From Syntrophales bacterium (GTDB lineage Bacteria; Desulfobacterota; Syntrophia; Syntrophales; PHBD01), in NCBI GenBank assembly GCA_963668175.1, contig OY764159.1:2976001-3040000 (forward strand): a stretch of 64,000 nucleotides of DNA, given 5' to 3'. Shown here piece by piece: positions 7,839 through 15,313 of this stretch (positions within the stretch are counted from its first letter, which is position 1; each line of letters begins with the position of its first letter). The notes under the pieces were generated by a model. It did no database searches. It saw only the letters and a program-made list of their open reading frames with translations, and was not told the origin of the DNA. A program made the position numbers and the translations under genes.

Positions 7839-9182
7839 TTATAGTGTTAGATAGCCCTGCTCCAAGGCATTGATTTTTGTAGCTTTAGAAGCATATACAA
7901 AAGACAGTGAGTGTTCTAATTGATGATCCTTTTCTTTCCCTCTTGCATCTTCTGCATACGACTGGACAGCATTTTCAGCTCTACTGAGCAATTCGTCGAA
8001 TGTTATTACTTCTGGATTATGGAGGTTTCTTCTGAAAGATTCAAATATCTTCATCTTATCTCTATTTGATTTTAAATCATTCGTATTTCCGATAACGAGA
8101 ATTCCTTTGGGATGATGAGTGTAAATATCTTGATCTTCAAGCAAATCTCTGTTTTCGTCTGTCCTGGAACCTTCAATTGCCCATCTCCAGCATTGTTGTT
8201 GAAGCTGTGCAACACCACCGACTAAGTCTTCCCCGAATTCATATGTTCTATTCCTATATTTTTTATCTGATACAAGATTAGAATTTGGCCGCTTGATTTC
8301 GACCAGTACAGTGAATTTTATTTGAGCAGAAGTTGCTAGTAAGAAATCGCCCTCTAGGGAACCGGTGCCCGTTAAGTCTTTGCCTCCGAATGAGGGCCTA
8401 CATTCTAATATGTGTAAAAACTGATAACTCAAGCCGTATCCGAAAATCCATTTATTTTTCTCAAAAAACTTCTGCCAGTCAGTTTCCAGCCAATCGCTTT
8501 TCTGTAAATGTGTTCGGAAGTCTTCAACTTGGGCATTTCTAATGGACCATAGGCGTTTGTGAGCCAGCACATCGGGTAATTCTGCTCCGACTTGCCCTAA
8601 AACATCCCAGAAATGTTTACCGAATACTTCTGGTAATATAGCAGCAAATTCATTTTCTCGCCCGGCAACCAGCACTTTCGGATCGATTTTAGATTCATTT
8701 AAAAGACTTATTAAAATATCAATTCTTTGCGGATCAGCGTTTTTCCATGCCCGCAGAAGTTCCAGATTGATATGCTTGCTAAACAAAGTTTTAATATCCG
8801 ATTCGGACAGCATTGACCAATCAATATTAGCAGCTGAAATTACGTCCGATCCCTTTATTAACATGGCAAAGTAAGTTGTTGCCGCATCACCGGATGCGTT
8901 TTCCAGATAATTGTCAATATTAACAACTGTAACACAATATCCTTGACCCTGCACTTTGCCTTGTTTGGCATATTTATTTCTCGTTAATAGCAATGCAGGT
9001 TTCTTGTCTGACGGACAAGAACTTGTGACCAGATTTGCTAAACATTTGCCATTGCGAAACTGAGCCTTTCCATGATGAAAAACCTCTTCCCAATCGAAAT
9101 CGTAAAATATATGAATCCCACACATATTCTCTGAGGCGCCATACTTAAATGATAACGGTGATTCCCAAGGGATTGGCGACAT
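7839..9182 (-). CDS. sduA: Shedu anti-phage nuclease SduA-like (DUF4263 C-terminal domain)
   Basis: WQKFFEKNKWIFG, DFLL, LVEIKRP, GVAQLQQQ, GILVIG, VITFDELL motifs of the DUF4263 PD-(D/E)XK domain; strongly AT-rich relative to flanks. Confidence 0.85.
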   Translation of the reverse strand: MSPIPWESPLSFKYGASENMCGIHIFYDFDWEEVFHHGKAQFRNGKCLANLVTSSCPSDKKPALLLTRNKYAKQGKVQGQGYCVTVVNIDNYLENASGDAATTYFAMLIKGSDVISAANIDWSMLSESDIKTLFSKHINLELLRAWKNADPQRIDILISLLNESKIDPKVLVAGRENEFAAILPEVFGKHFWDVLGQVGAELPDVLAHKRLWSIRNAQVEDFRTHLQKSDWLETDWQKFFEKNKWIFGYGLSYQFLHILECRPSFGGKDLTGTGSLEGDFLLATSAQIKFTVLVEIKRPNSNLVSDKKYRNRTYEFGEDLVGGVAQLQQQCWRWAIEGSRTDENRDLLEDQDIYTHHPKGILVIGNTNDLKSNRDKMKIFESFRRNLHNPEVITFDELLSRAENAVQSYAEDARGKEKDHQLEHSLSFVYASKATKINALEQGYLTL

Positions 9183-9351
9183 ATCATCTCCTTAATCATT
9201 GTTCTGTCGTTAACCAGCACGTTATTTTTGATTAATTTAAATACGTTCTTGGAAAAACTTTTGTAAGAGTACGTCTCTTTTCACACCCCGCCGGGAAGAC
9301 TCCGCCGTCTCTAGAAAATCTCAGCCTCGAACATTTTTAAGCATTTTTTAT

Positions 9352-9396
9352 AAAAAAAGCGGAGAATATGACTTTATACAAATCACCAACTCCGCT
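9352..9396 (-). terminator. Intrinsic terminator-like hairpin upstream of Shedu
   Basis: - strand agcggag-ttggtgatttgtataaagtcatatt-ctccgct followed by a T run. Confidence 0.45.
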
Positions 9397-9599
9397 CAGA
9401 TATTCACGTATTTTATAGGCGTAAATCAACTAGAAAAAAGAATATATTCTAAAAAGAAAATGTCAAGCAAGATTTTATATATACTGACATAATTCCACGG
9501 GCATCATCCCATGACAGGGGAACGCGGTCCTCAATAATGGATATACCGATAAGCTAATTTATAATCCGCAGTTTCCCTCCCCCCGCCCCCTGCCAGCTC

Positions 9600-10742
9600 T
9601 CAAACCTTCTCCACCTTGATCCCCGCCGGGATGCCGCTTTCGCAGGGGACGTTGACCTGGCAGCGGCCGCAGTAGATCGTGTAGTTCGTATTGTCCGGGT
9701 AATTGGCCTTGACGTAGGGCGTGACGACGGTGGTCACATATTTGAAGCAGGCGTTCTTGTTGCGGCCCGGCACACCCTCCTTGTAGCTCTGGATCGCCTG
9801 GGACGGGCAGTGGTTCGCGCAGATGCCGCACTGCTGCCCGCCCGACGCGAAATAGAGGCAGTAGTCGCGGTGGGAGACATAGGGCCGCGGCGTCACGGGG
9901 AGCCTCGCCTTGACGATGGCGGAGGCGCAGCGGTGGGCCTTGCCCACCGGCGTGATCAGGCCGTCGGAGAGGCCGAAGGTCCCCAGGCCCGCGCAGTAGG
10001 CGTAATGCCGCTCCGACCACGTGGACGCGAAGCCGTAGGCGCTCTGCGGGACGATCCGGAAGTGCGTCGTGATGGAGGCGGAAGCGGCATAGTAGCCCTT
10101 CGCGGAAAGCATCTCGAGGACGCCCCGTCGGGAGCGGTCGGCGGACATCTCCCCGAAGACGCGGCCCTTGCCCCAGCGGCGGCTGGGATACTTGTCTGGG
10201 AGCGCGCGCTGCTCCGCCTTCACCTTCTCCTGGAACGGCAGGATCCAACTGATCACCGTCAGGTCCGCGTCGGTGCAGGGGATGCCGGGATGGACCTTTT
10301 TGAAGAGTTCCAGCGGCGTCATGTGGAAGGGCGCGACGTTGATCTTGAGGGCGAGCACGGCGGGATCGTCGCCCCGGACGAAACCGACGATGGGCATGTC
10401 GTAGGCATGCTCGAACGGCTCCGGCGGGACATTGTTGGGGATGAGCTTGTAGTAATCGTCGCCCGCCTGCGGCGTATCCATGCCGAGGGAGTTCTGTTTG
10501 CTTTTGACGAAGTCCCTGAGGTTCCCGGCAACCTCCTTCGCCAGGGCGGCGTCGCCTTCGCCCGCCGCCGCGGCCTGGGCCTCCGCAACGGGGAACCGGG
10601 GAATGGCGGCCATCAGCCCCGCGCCCGCCGCCAGGGTGAAGAGTTTCCGGCGGGTTATTTCGACCGGTCGAAAGGGTTTGTCTTCATACGTATCCGCGGG
10701 CATCTCCGGATGCTCCGTATATTTCTCTCTTGCATCTTTCAT
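9600..10742 (-). CDS. Tat-signal 4Fe-4S protein of the epoxyqueuosine reductase / reductive dehalogenase-like superfamily
   Basis: ITRRKLF Tat motif plus AxA; WSERHYAYCAGLGTFGLSDGLITPVG; CGICANHCP and C...CGRCQVNVPC Fe-S motifs. Confidence 0.75.
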   Translation of the reverse strand: MKDAREKYTEHPEMPADTYEDKPFRPVEITRRKLFTLAAGAGLMAAIPRFPVAEAQAAAAGEGDAALAKEVAGNLRDFVKSKQNSLGMDTPQAGDDYYKLIPNNVPPEPFEHAYDMPIVGFVRGDDPAVLALKINVAPFHMTPLELFKKVHPGIPCTDADLTVISWILPFQEKVKAEQRALPDKYPSRRWGKGRVFGEMSADRSRRGVLEMLSAKGYYAASASITTHFRIVPQSAYGFASTWSERHYAYCAGLGTFGLSDGLITPVGKAHRCASAIVKARLPVTPRPYVSHRDYCLYFASGGQQCGICANHCPSQAIQSYKEGVPGRNKNACFKYVTTVVTPYVKANYPDNTNYTIYCGRCQVNVPCESGIPAGIKVEKV

Positions 10743-10929
10743 CGTCATTCTCCCCGGCGGCCTGCCGCCTGTTTCCATTGTATTCAACGCATGCGCGGAT
10801 TCACACGACCCTTCCGCGCCCGGTATCGATATATGCTATTTTAAACGCAAAGCGGCAAAATGTCATTGGGTAAAAACAGGTAGGTATTGTAGATGGAAGC
10901 GGACGGAAAAAACCGCCGGCCGATACCCG

Positions 10930-10958
10930 TTGACATACCGGACGGACGCCCGTATATA
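10930..10958 (+). promoter_or_regulatory. sigma70-like promoter
   Basis: TTGACA-17 nt-TATATA upstream of 11021. Confidence 0.5.
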
Positions 10959-11020
10959 GAGTGACAAACCGGCGGGAAAGACCGATCATCTGAAGAGTTT
11001 CTTCGTCAAGGAGGGATGGT

Positions 11021-11584
11021 ATGCGGCTGCGGATTCTCTTTCTTCTCGTCCTTCTTCTCGTCCTTCTTCTCGTCCTTCTTCTTATCCTTGCATCCGCGGC
11101 CTCGCCAGTTTACAGCATGGACAACTGCTTTCCCGGCAAGAATCGCGTCCTGTCGTCGCCGGCAGGACATGAATGGACGTGGTCGGAAAGAAAGAGCGAC
11201 CGCGACTCGCACCGCCTTCTCTATCGTGCCGCCGCCTCGGAGCCTTTCCGGGAACTGCTGGCCTTCGACCGGGAGGTCTGCATCCTCCCGTCGCCCGACA
11301 ACAAATCCTTTGCAGTCACGGACCACATCGGAAGCAATATCTCCGAAACGCTGATCTATCGTCACGACGACATTGCCCATCCGGTCCATGTCATGGATAT
11401 TTTACCTGAGAGGCTCCGCCGCATACTCTTCAAAGGTGTATCGCATTGCTATGTCAAGGCCGTTTCCTGGGATAACGGGGGGCTGACAGTCCGCGTGCAC
11501 GGCGACCGCGATCCCGATCCCCCGCGCTTCGATGTTACACTGAGATGCATGGAAAAGGACGGGACGTGGCGCTGCGAGCCGTGA
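11021..11584 (+). CDS. Hypothetical secreted protein
   Basis: AGGAGG RBS; hydrophobic N-terminus; beta-rich body; family not recognised. Confidence 0.65.
   Translation: MRLRILFLLVLLLVLLLVLLLILASAASPVYSMDNCFPGKNRVLSSPAGHEWTWSERKSDRDSHRLLYRAAASEPFRELLAFDREVCILPSPDNKSFAVTDHIGSNISETLIYRHDDIAHPVHVMDILPERLRRILFKGVSHCYVKAVSWDNGGLTVRVHGDRDPDPPRFDVTLRCMEKDGTWRCEP
11042..11089 (+). repeat. 12-bp in-frame tandem repeat (cttctcgtcctt x3 plus one degenerate copy)
   Basis: Seen directly; encodes LLVL repeats in the signal peptide. Confidence 0.9.
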
Positions 11585-11701
11585 TGCGGCAGGCATGGCG
11601 ATGAATCCCGCCGCAGCTTCTTTCCGGCGGCAGGCGCGGCGCGTCCCTCTGATTATAATGGCTATTGCTCGCGGGAGATTTATGGCGGGCGCCGACACGG
11701 G

Positions 11702-12292
11702 CTACGTCTTGTCCGCATCCTTCCGTTCGCAGGCGAACTCGTTCTCTTCGTCCCGGTAGAAGTCGCAGGCGTTCGACAGCGCCTCCCGCAGTTTCGCCCG
11801 GGCGCGGTGGAGCCTGATCTTCGTGGCCTGGAGGCTCAAGCCGACGATGTCGGCAATCTCGCTGTCCTTGAACCCTTCCAGTTCGCTGAGGACAATGACG
11901 GACCGGTAGGAATCGGGCAGCTGATCGACGATCCCGCGGATGCAGCCGTTCATCTCCTCGCGCAGCATCTTCCTTTCGGCGGAATGCCGCCGCTCGTCCG
12001 TCCCGATCTTACCGTCTTCTTCGATTTCCGTCATCTCATCTATGGGGAGCCGCTGCGATTCGCCGCGCGACGAACGGAGCCTGTCCAGGGCCGCGTTCGT
12101 CGCTATCCGGTAAATCCAAGTCGACAAGGCCGATTCGCCCCGGAAGGCGTCCAGGCCCCGGCCGACCCTGACGAAGACCTCCTGCGTGAGGTCTTCCGCT
12201 TCGCATTCCCTGGCTATGCGGGCCACGTAGCGCAAGACCTTCGCACGGTATTCCTCGTAGATCTCCTGAAATCTCCGTTCGGATTCGTCCAT
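11702..12292 (-). CDS. ECF sigma-70 factor with Cys-containing C-terminal extension (SigZ-like)
   Basis: AEDLTQEVF, STWIYRIATN, region 4 EIADIVGLSLQATKIRLHRAR; tail ACDFYRDEENEFAC. Confidence 0.92.
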   Translation of the reverse strand: MDESERRFQEIYEEYRAKVLRYVARIARECEAEDLTQEVFVRVGRGLDAFRGESALSTWIYRIATNAALDRLRSSRGESQRLPIDEMTEIEEDGKIGTDERRHSAERKMLREEMNGCIRGIVDQLPDSYRSVIVLSELEGFKDSEIADIVGLSLQATKIRLHRARAKLREALSNACDFYRDEENEFACERKDADKT

Positions 12293-12332
12293 CCCGTCCG
12301 TCCTTTCGGTCCGTCCTTCCGGTCAGACGCGG

Positions 12333-12590
12333 TTACGAACAGCAGCAGGGCGCTTCGCGGCCGCCGCACGGCTGATCGGCCGGCTTGCCGCCGAGAAGCT
12401 TCCCCGTCAGCTTGTCCATGCTGGCGGCGGCGCCTCCCCGGACCGCCTTCCCTACCTCGACGGCCTCCATAAGCTCGCTTTTGCTTATACCATATTCCAG
12501 CGCCTTGCCGACATGATATTCTAAACAGGGATGGCAATTGGCGCCTATCGACGCACCCACTGCAATCAGCTTTTTCACCTTATCTTCCAT
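12333..12590 (-). CDS. Carboxymuconolactone decarboxylase/AhpD-like protein
   Basis: KLIAVGASIGANCHPCLEYH motif; C-terminal PCGG...PCCCS. Confidence 0.85.
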   Translation of the reverse strand: MEDKVKKLIAVGASIGANCHPCLEYHVGKALEYGISKSELMEAVEVGKAVRGGAAASMDKLTGKLLGGKPADQPCGGREAPCCCS

Positions 12591-12846
12591 TTCTTTTCTC
12601 CTCGCTTTTCTTGATGGTTCCGATTTCTTCCCGCAGTTCCCCGATCTCCTTTTTCATCTCGTCAAGATCGGCGTGACCCGGCCCGCCCCAGCAGCAGAAC
12701 CGCCTGCCCGGCATCCTCGACCTCATCCGGATGCACATGAAGATGCATACCGCCATGCAGAGGAGCGGCACCAGCCACCACCATCCCCACGTTCCCCACG
12801 TTCCCCACGTTCCCCACGTTCCCCATGCCCCATCCCAACACCACAT
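12580..12846 (-). CDS. Small Trp/Cys-rich membrane protein
   Basis: AAGGAGG RBS; MWCWDGA(WGT)4WGWWWLVPLLCMAVCIFMC...FCCW, coiled-coil tail; overlaps next gene. Confidence 0.7.
   Translation of the reverse strand: MWCWDGAWGTWGTWGTWGTWGWWWLVPLLCMAVCIFMCIRMRSRMPGRRFCCWGGPGHADLDEMKKEIGELREEIGTIKKSEEKRNGR
12784..12828. repeat. 9-bp in-frame tandem repeat (tccccacgt x4 plus one degenerate copy)
   Basis: Seen directly; encodes WGT x4. Confidence 0.9.
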
Positions 12847-12875
12847 AAAGCCTCCTTTCATGTTTATGAAACCGT

Positions 12876-13103
12876 TTACGACCCGTGTCGGCAGCACCCT
12901 TTTTCCTTTTTTGTGGAAATTCCAAGAAGCGTATAGGAAGGACAGAAACCGAGAACGGCCGAAAGGAGAAGCGGTACGCTCAGGACATACAGGACCGTTC
13001 CCGTCCCTCCGCCCGCAAACGTCGCCCCGGCGATAATCAGGGCGATGCCGAGGACAATCCGCACGATTCGATCCAACATACCGACATTTCCGCTTACCTT
13101 CAT
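12876..13103 (-). CDS. DUF2892 (YgaP-like) membrane protein
   Basis: NVGMLDRIVRIVLG...GFCPSYTLLGIST signature; C-terminal GCC. Confidence 0.88.
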   Translation of the reverse strand: MKVSGNVGMLDRIVRIVLGIALIIAGATFAGGGTGTVLYVLSVPLLLSAVLGFCPSYTLLGISTKKEKGCCRHGS

Positions 13104-13138
13104 TTCCGCGATCCTCCTTTCTCTCCTTTTTGACTTAT

Positions 13139-13167
13139 TAGACGTATGGCGAACCGGAAAGGATACA
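13139..13167 (-). promoter_or_regulatory. ECF-type promoter, probably read by the operon's own sigma factor
   Basis: TGTATCC-16 nt-CGTCTA on the - strand upstream of DUF2892. Confidence 0.6.
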
Positions 13168-13291
13168 TGCCTTGCGAAAACGATTGCAGGCCGGTCGGCA
13201 AACGGAAAGGAAACCCGGCGGAAGTCCAAAAGAAAAGGCCGGGAGCATTGCGCTTCCGGCCCTTGTTTCATGTATCGGTTGAACTATTTTT

Positions 13292-14812
13292 CTAGCGTTT
13301 CTTGCCCTTGGCCTTCGCCGCGGCAGGCGCTTTCGCCATCGCCGCCGCTTCCGCACCGGCTATGCGACCCATGACGAGGCAGTTCGCAAGCGACGCCCCG
13401 CCGATATAGTCGTCGTAATAGAGGCCGCCCGCGCATTCCCCGGCCGCAAAGAGTCCGGGAATGACGGTGCCGTCCGCTTCCTGGGCCTGCGCCTTCTCGT
13501 TGATCCTGATCCCGCCGAAGGTCAGCGTGATGCCGGGTGAGAGCGGATAGAAGGCGTAGAACTTGGGCGTCCCGATCTTGAAAGCGAAGGCCGTTTTCGG
13601 CGGCTTCGCATCGAGGGCCTTCCCGTCCTTGACCACCGCGTTGAAATCGGCCACGGTTTTCTCCAGGGCGGCCGCCGGTACGCCGATCTTCCCTGCCAGT
13701 TCGGCCAGGGTGTTCGCTTCGACGATGTCGATTCCGAGGCCGGCAAACTGCGAGACCGCCGCGGAAACGCCGGACTGCTTCTTCAGTTCTTCGTCGAAGA
13801 TCATGGCCACGGTCTGCCCCGGCTGGCTCATCGAGGCCTTGCCGTTCGCCACGTAGCCCAACGATTCGTCGACGTAGCGGTTTCCGGCCTTGTTGATGCC
13901 CAGGGTATAGGCGATCGCCATGAAGGGGTTGCCGGCGGACGTGTTCTTCGGCGAAACGGCGGCGACGTGCACGGACGCCATACCGCCCATGTTGACCCAC
14001 ATGGCCCCTGCTTCTCGGGCCATCGTCAGGCCGTCGCCCGTGGCGTACTTCACGCCCCGGACCATCATCTCGTCGGCGTCGGGATCGACGAAGGTTTCCA
14101 GGAACTCCTTGTTGCCCCCGTAGCCGCCCGCCGCGATGATCACGGCATCGGCCATGTAGTCCTTGAGCGCCTTGCCGTCCATCGCCCGGACGCCGACGAC
14201 GGCGCCGCTGTCGTTCATGATGAGCTGCTTGGCCTTCGTGTTGTAGCAAATCTTGCCGCCCTTCTTCGCCAGCGTGTTCCGGAGGGCTTCCAGTCCCTTG
14301 GGCATGCCTTTATAGGCCGACGGCTTGAAGATGACGCACTTCACGCGGTAACCCGCCACCGTGACCGGCGGGGTCAGATCCGCACCCTGGGCCGCCAGCC
14401 ACTCGACCGCATCCAGCGTCTGGTCGGCGAGCACACGGGAAAGGACCTTGTTGCCCTTGCCGCTGCTCTTCTTCATGAAGTCTTCGTAGTATTCGTCTTT
14501 CGCCGCCTGGCTGTTCTCTCTCGGAATGGCGATGAGGCCGCCCGCCAGCTTCGAGTTGCCGCCGACGACATCCTCGCCCATCTTCTCCAGGACGGCGACC
14601 TTCGCTCCCGAATTGGCGGCCGACACCGCGGCGGCCATACCGGCCATGCCCGTCCCGATGACGACGACGTTATAGGATTCGCTCTTGGCCGCTTTCGGGA
14701 GAAGGGCCGCATCCGCCATGTCGATCTTGCCTAACGCCAGAAAACCGGCGCCAAGGCCTACGCCCTTGAGAAACTGTCTCCTGTCGACAGAACCTTTCTT
14801 CTTTTCTTCCAT
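13292..14812 (-). CDS. Tat-exported FAD-dependent oxidoreductase (flavocytochrome c flavin subunit / TcuA-like)
   Basis: VDRRQFLK Tat; GTGMAG Rossmann; GGNSKLAGG; TGDG; PGITLTFGG; GLFAAGE. Confidence 0.88.
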   Translation of the reverse strand: MEEKKKGSVDRRQFLKGVGLGAGFLALGKIDMADAALLPKAAKSESYNVVVIGTGMAGMAAAVSAANSGAKVAVLEKMGEDVVGGNSKLAGGLIAIPRENSQAAKDEYYEDFMKKSSGKGNKVLSRVLADQTLDAVEWLAAQGADLTPPVTVAGYRVKCVIFKPSAYKGMPKGLEALRNTLAKKGGKICYNTKAKQLIMNDSGAVVGVRAMDGKALKDYMADAVIIAAGGYGGNKEFLETFVDPDADEMMVRGVKYATGDGLTMAREAGAMWVNMGGMASVHVAAVSPKNTSAGNPFMAIAYTLGINKAGNRYVDESLGYVANGKASMSQPGQTVAMIFDEELKKQSGVSAAVSQFAGLGIDIVEANTLAELAGKIGVPAAALEKTVADFNAVVKDGKALDAKPPKTAFAFKIGTPKFYAFYPLSPGITLTFGGIRINEKAQAQEADGTVIPGLFAAGECAGGLYYDDYIGGASLANCLVMGRIAGAEAAAMAKAPAAAKAKGKKR

Positions 14813-15268
14813 GGAAACCTCCTTTTTCGTGTTACGGGTTGATTTTCACTCTACGTCATATACTTGCTGCAGCGGCCGTACCGGACCGCTTTCCCCGCAC
14901 CGCCGGCAACAGGATAAATTCCGGGCAGAAGGGGGAGAGGATACATACAGAAATAACCGTATAAAACCGGGTGAGGCAAGCCATCATTGTCAAGCGGCAA
15001 CATAGATTCCCGAGCGGCAAAATTCGCAGGATATTTGGGCATAAACGTTCGTGCATGTACTCGACGGCAGCGCCGTTGGGCATGCGACAACGCGCCGGTT
15101 GAGGCGATGCCGCTGCTCCCGGTGCCTGGTCGTTTCAGCGCTTTATCGTGTTATGCCTTTTTCGAACCGCCTCCTGCCTACCGGCCCTCGCCTATTCTCC
15201 TTAAAACACATACCGTCGGAATGCTTCGATCTCCGTTCTGTCGATTTTCGCGTTTTATGGAGAAACTT

Positions 15269-15301
15269 AAAGAGGCTGCGGTTTTCCTCCGCAGCCTCTT
15301 T
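15269..15301. terminator. Intrinsic terminator
   Basis: aaagaggctgcgg-ttttcct-ccgcagcctcttt perfect stem after the 15314 stop. Confidence 0.75.
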
Positions 15302-15313
15302 CGATCGTTTGAA

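Noticed and set aside
10788..11020. Cobalamin or c-di-GMP riboswitch in the divergent intergenic region
   Set aside because: No B12 box or GEMM core could be built on either strand by eye.
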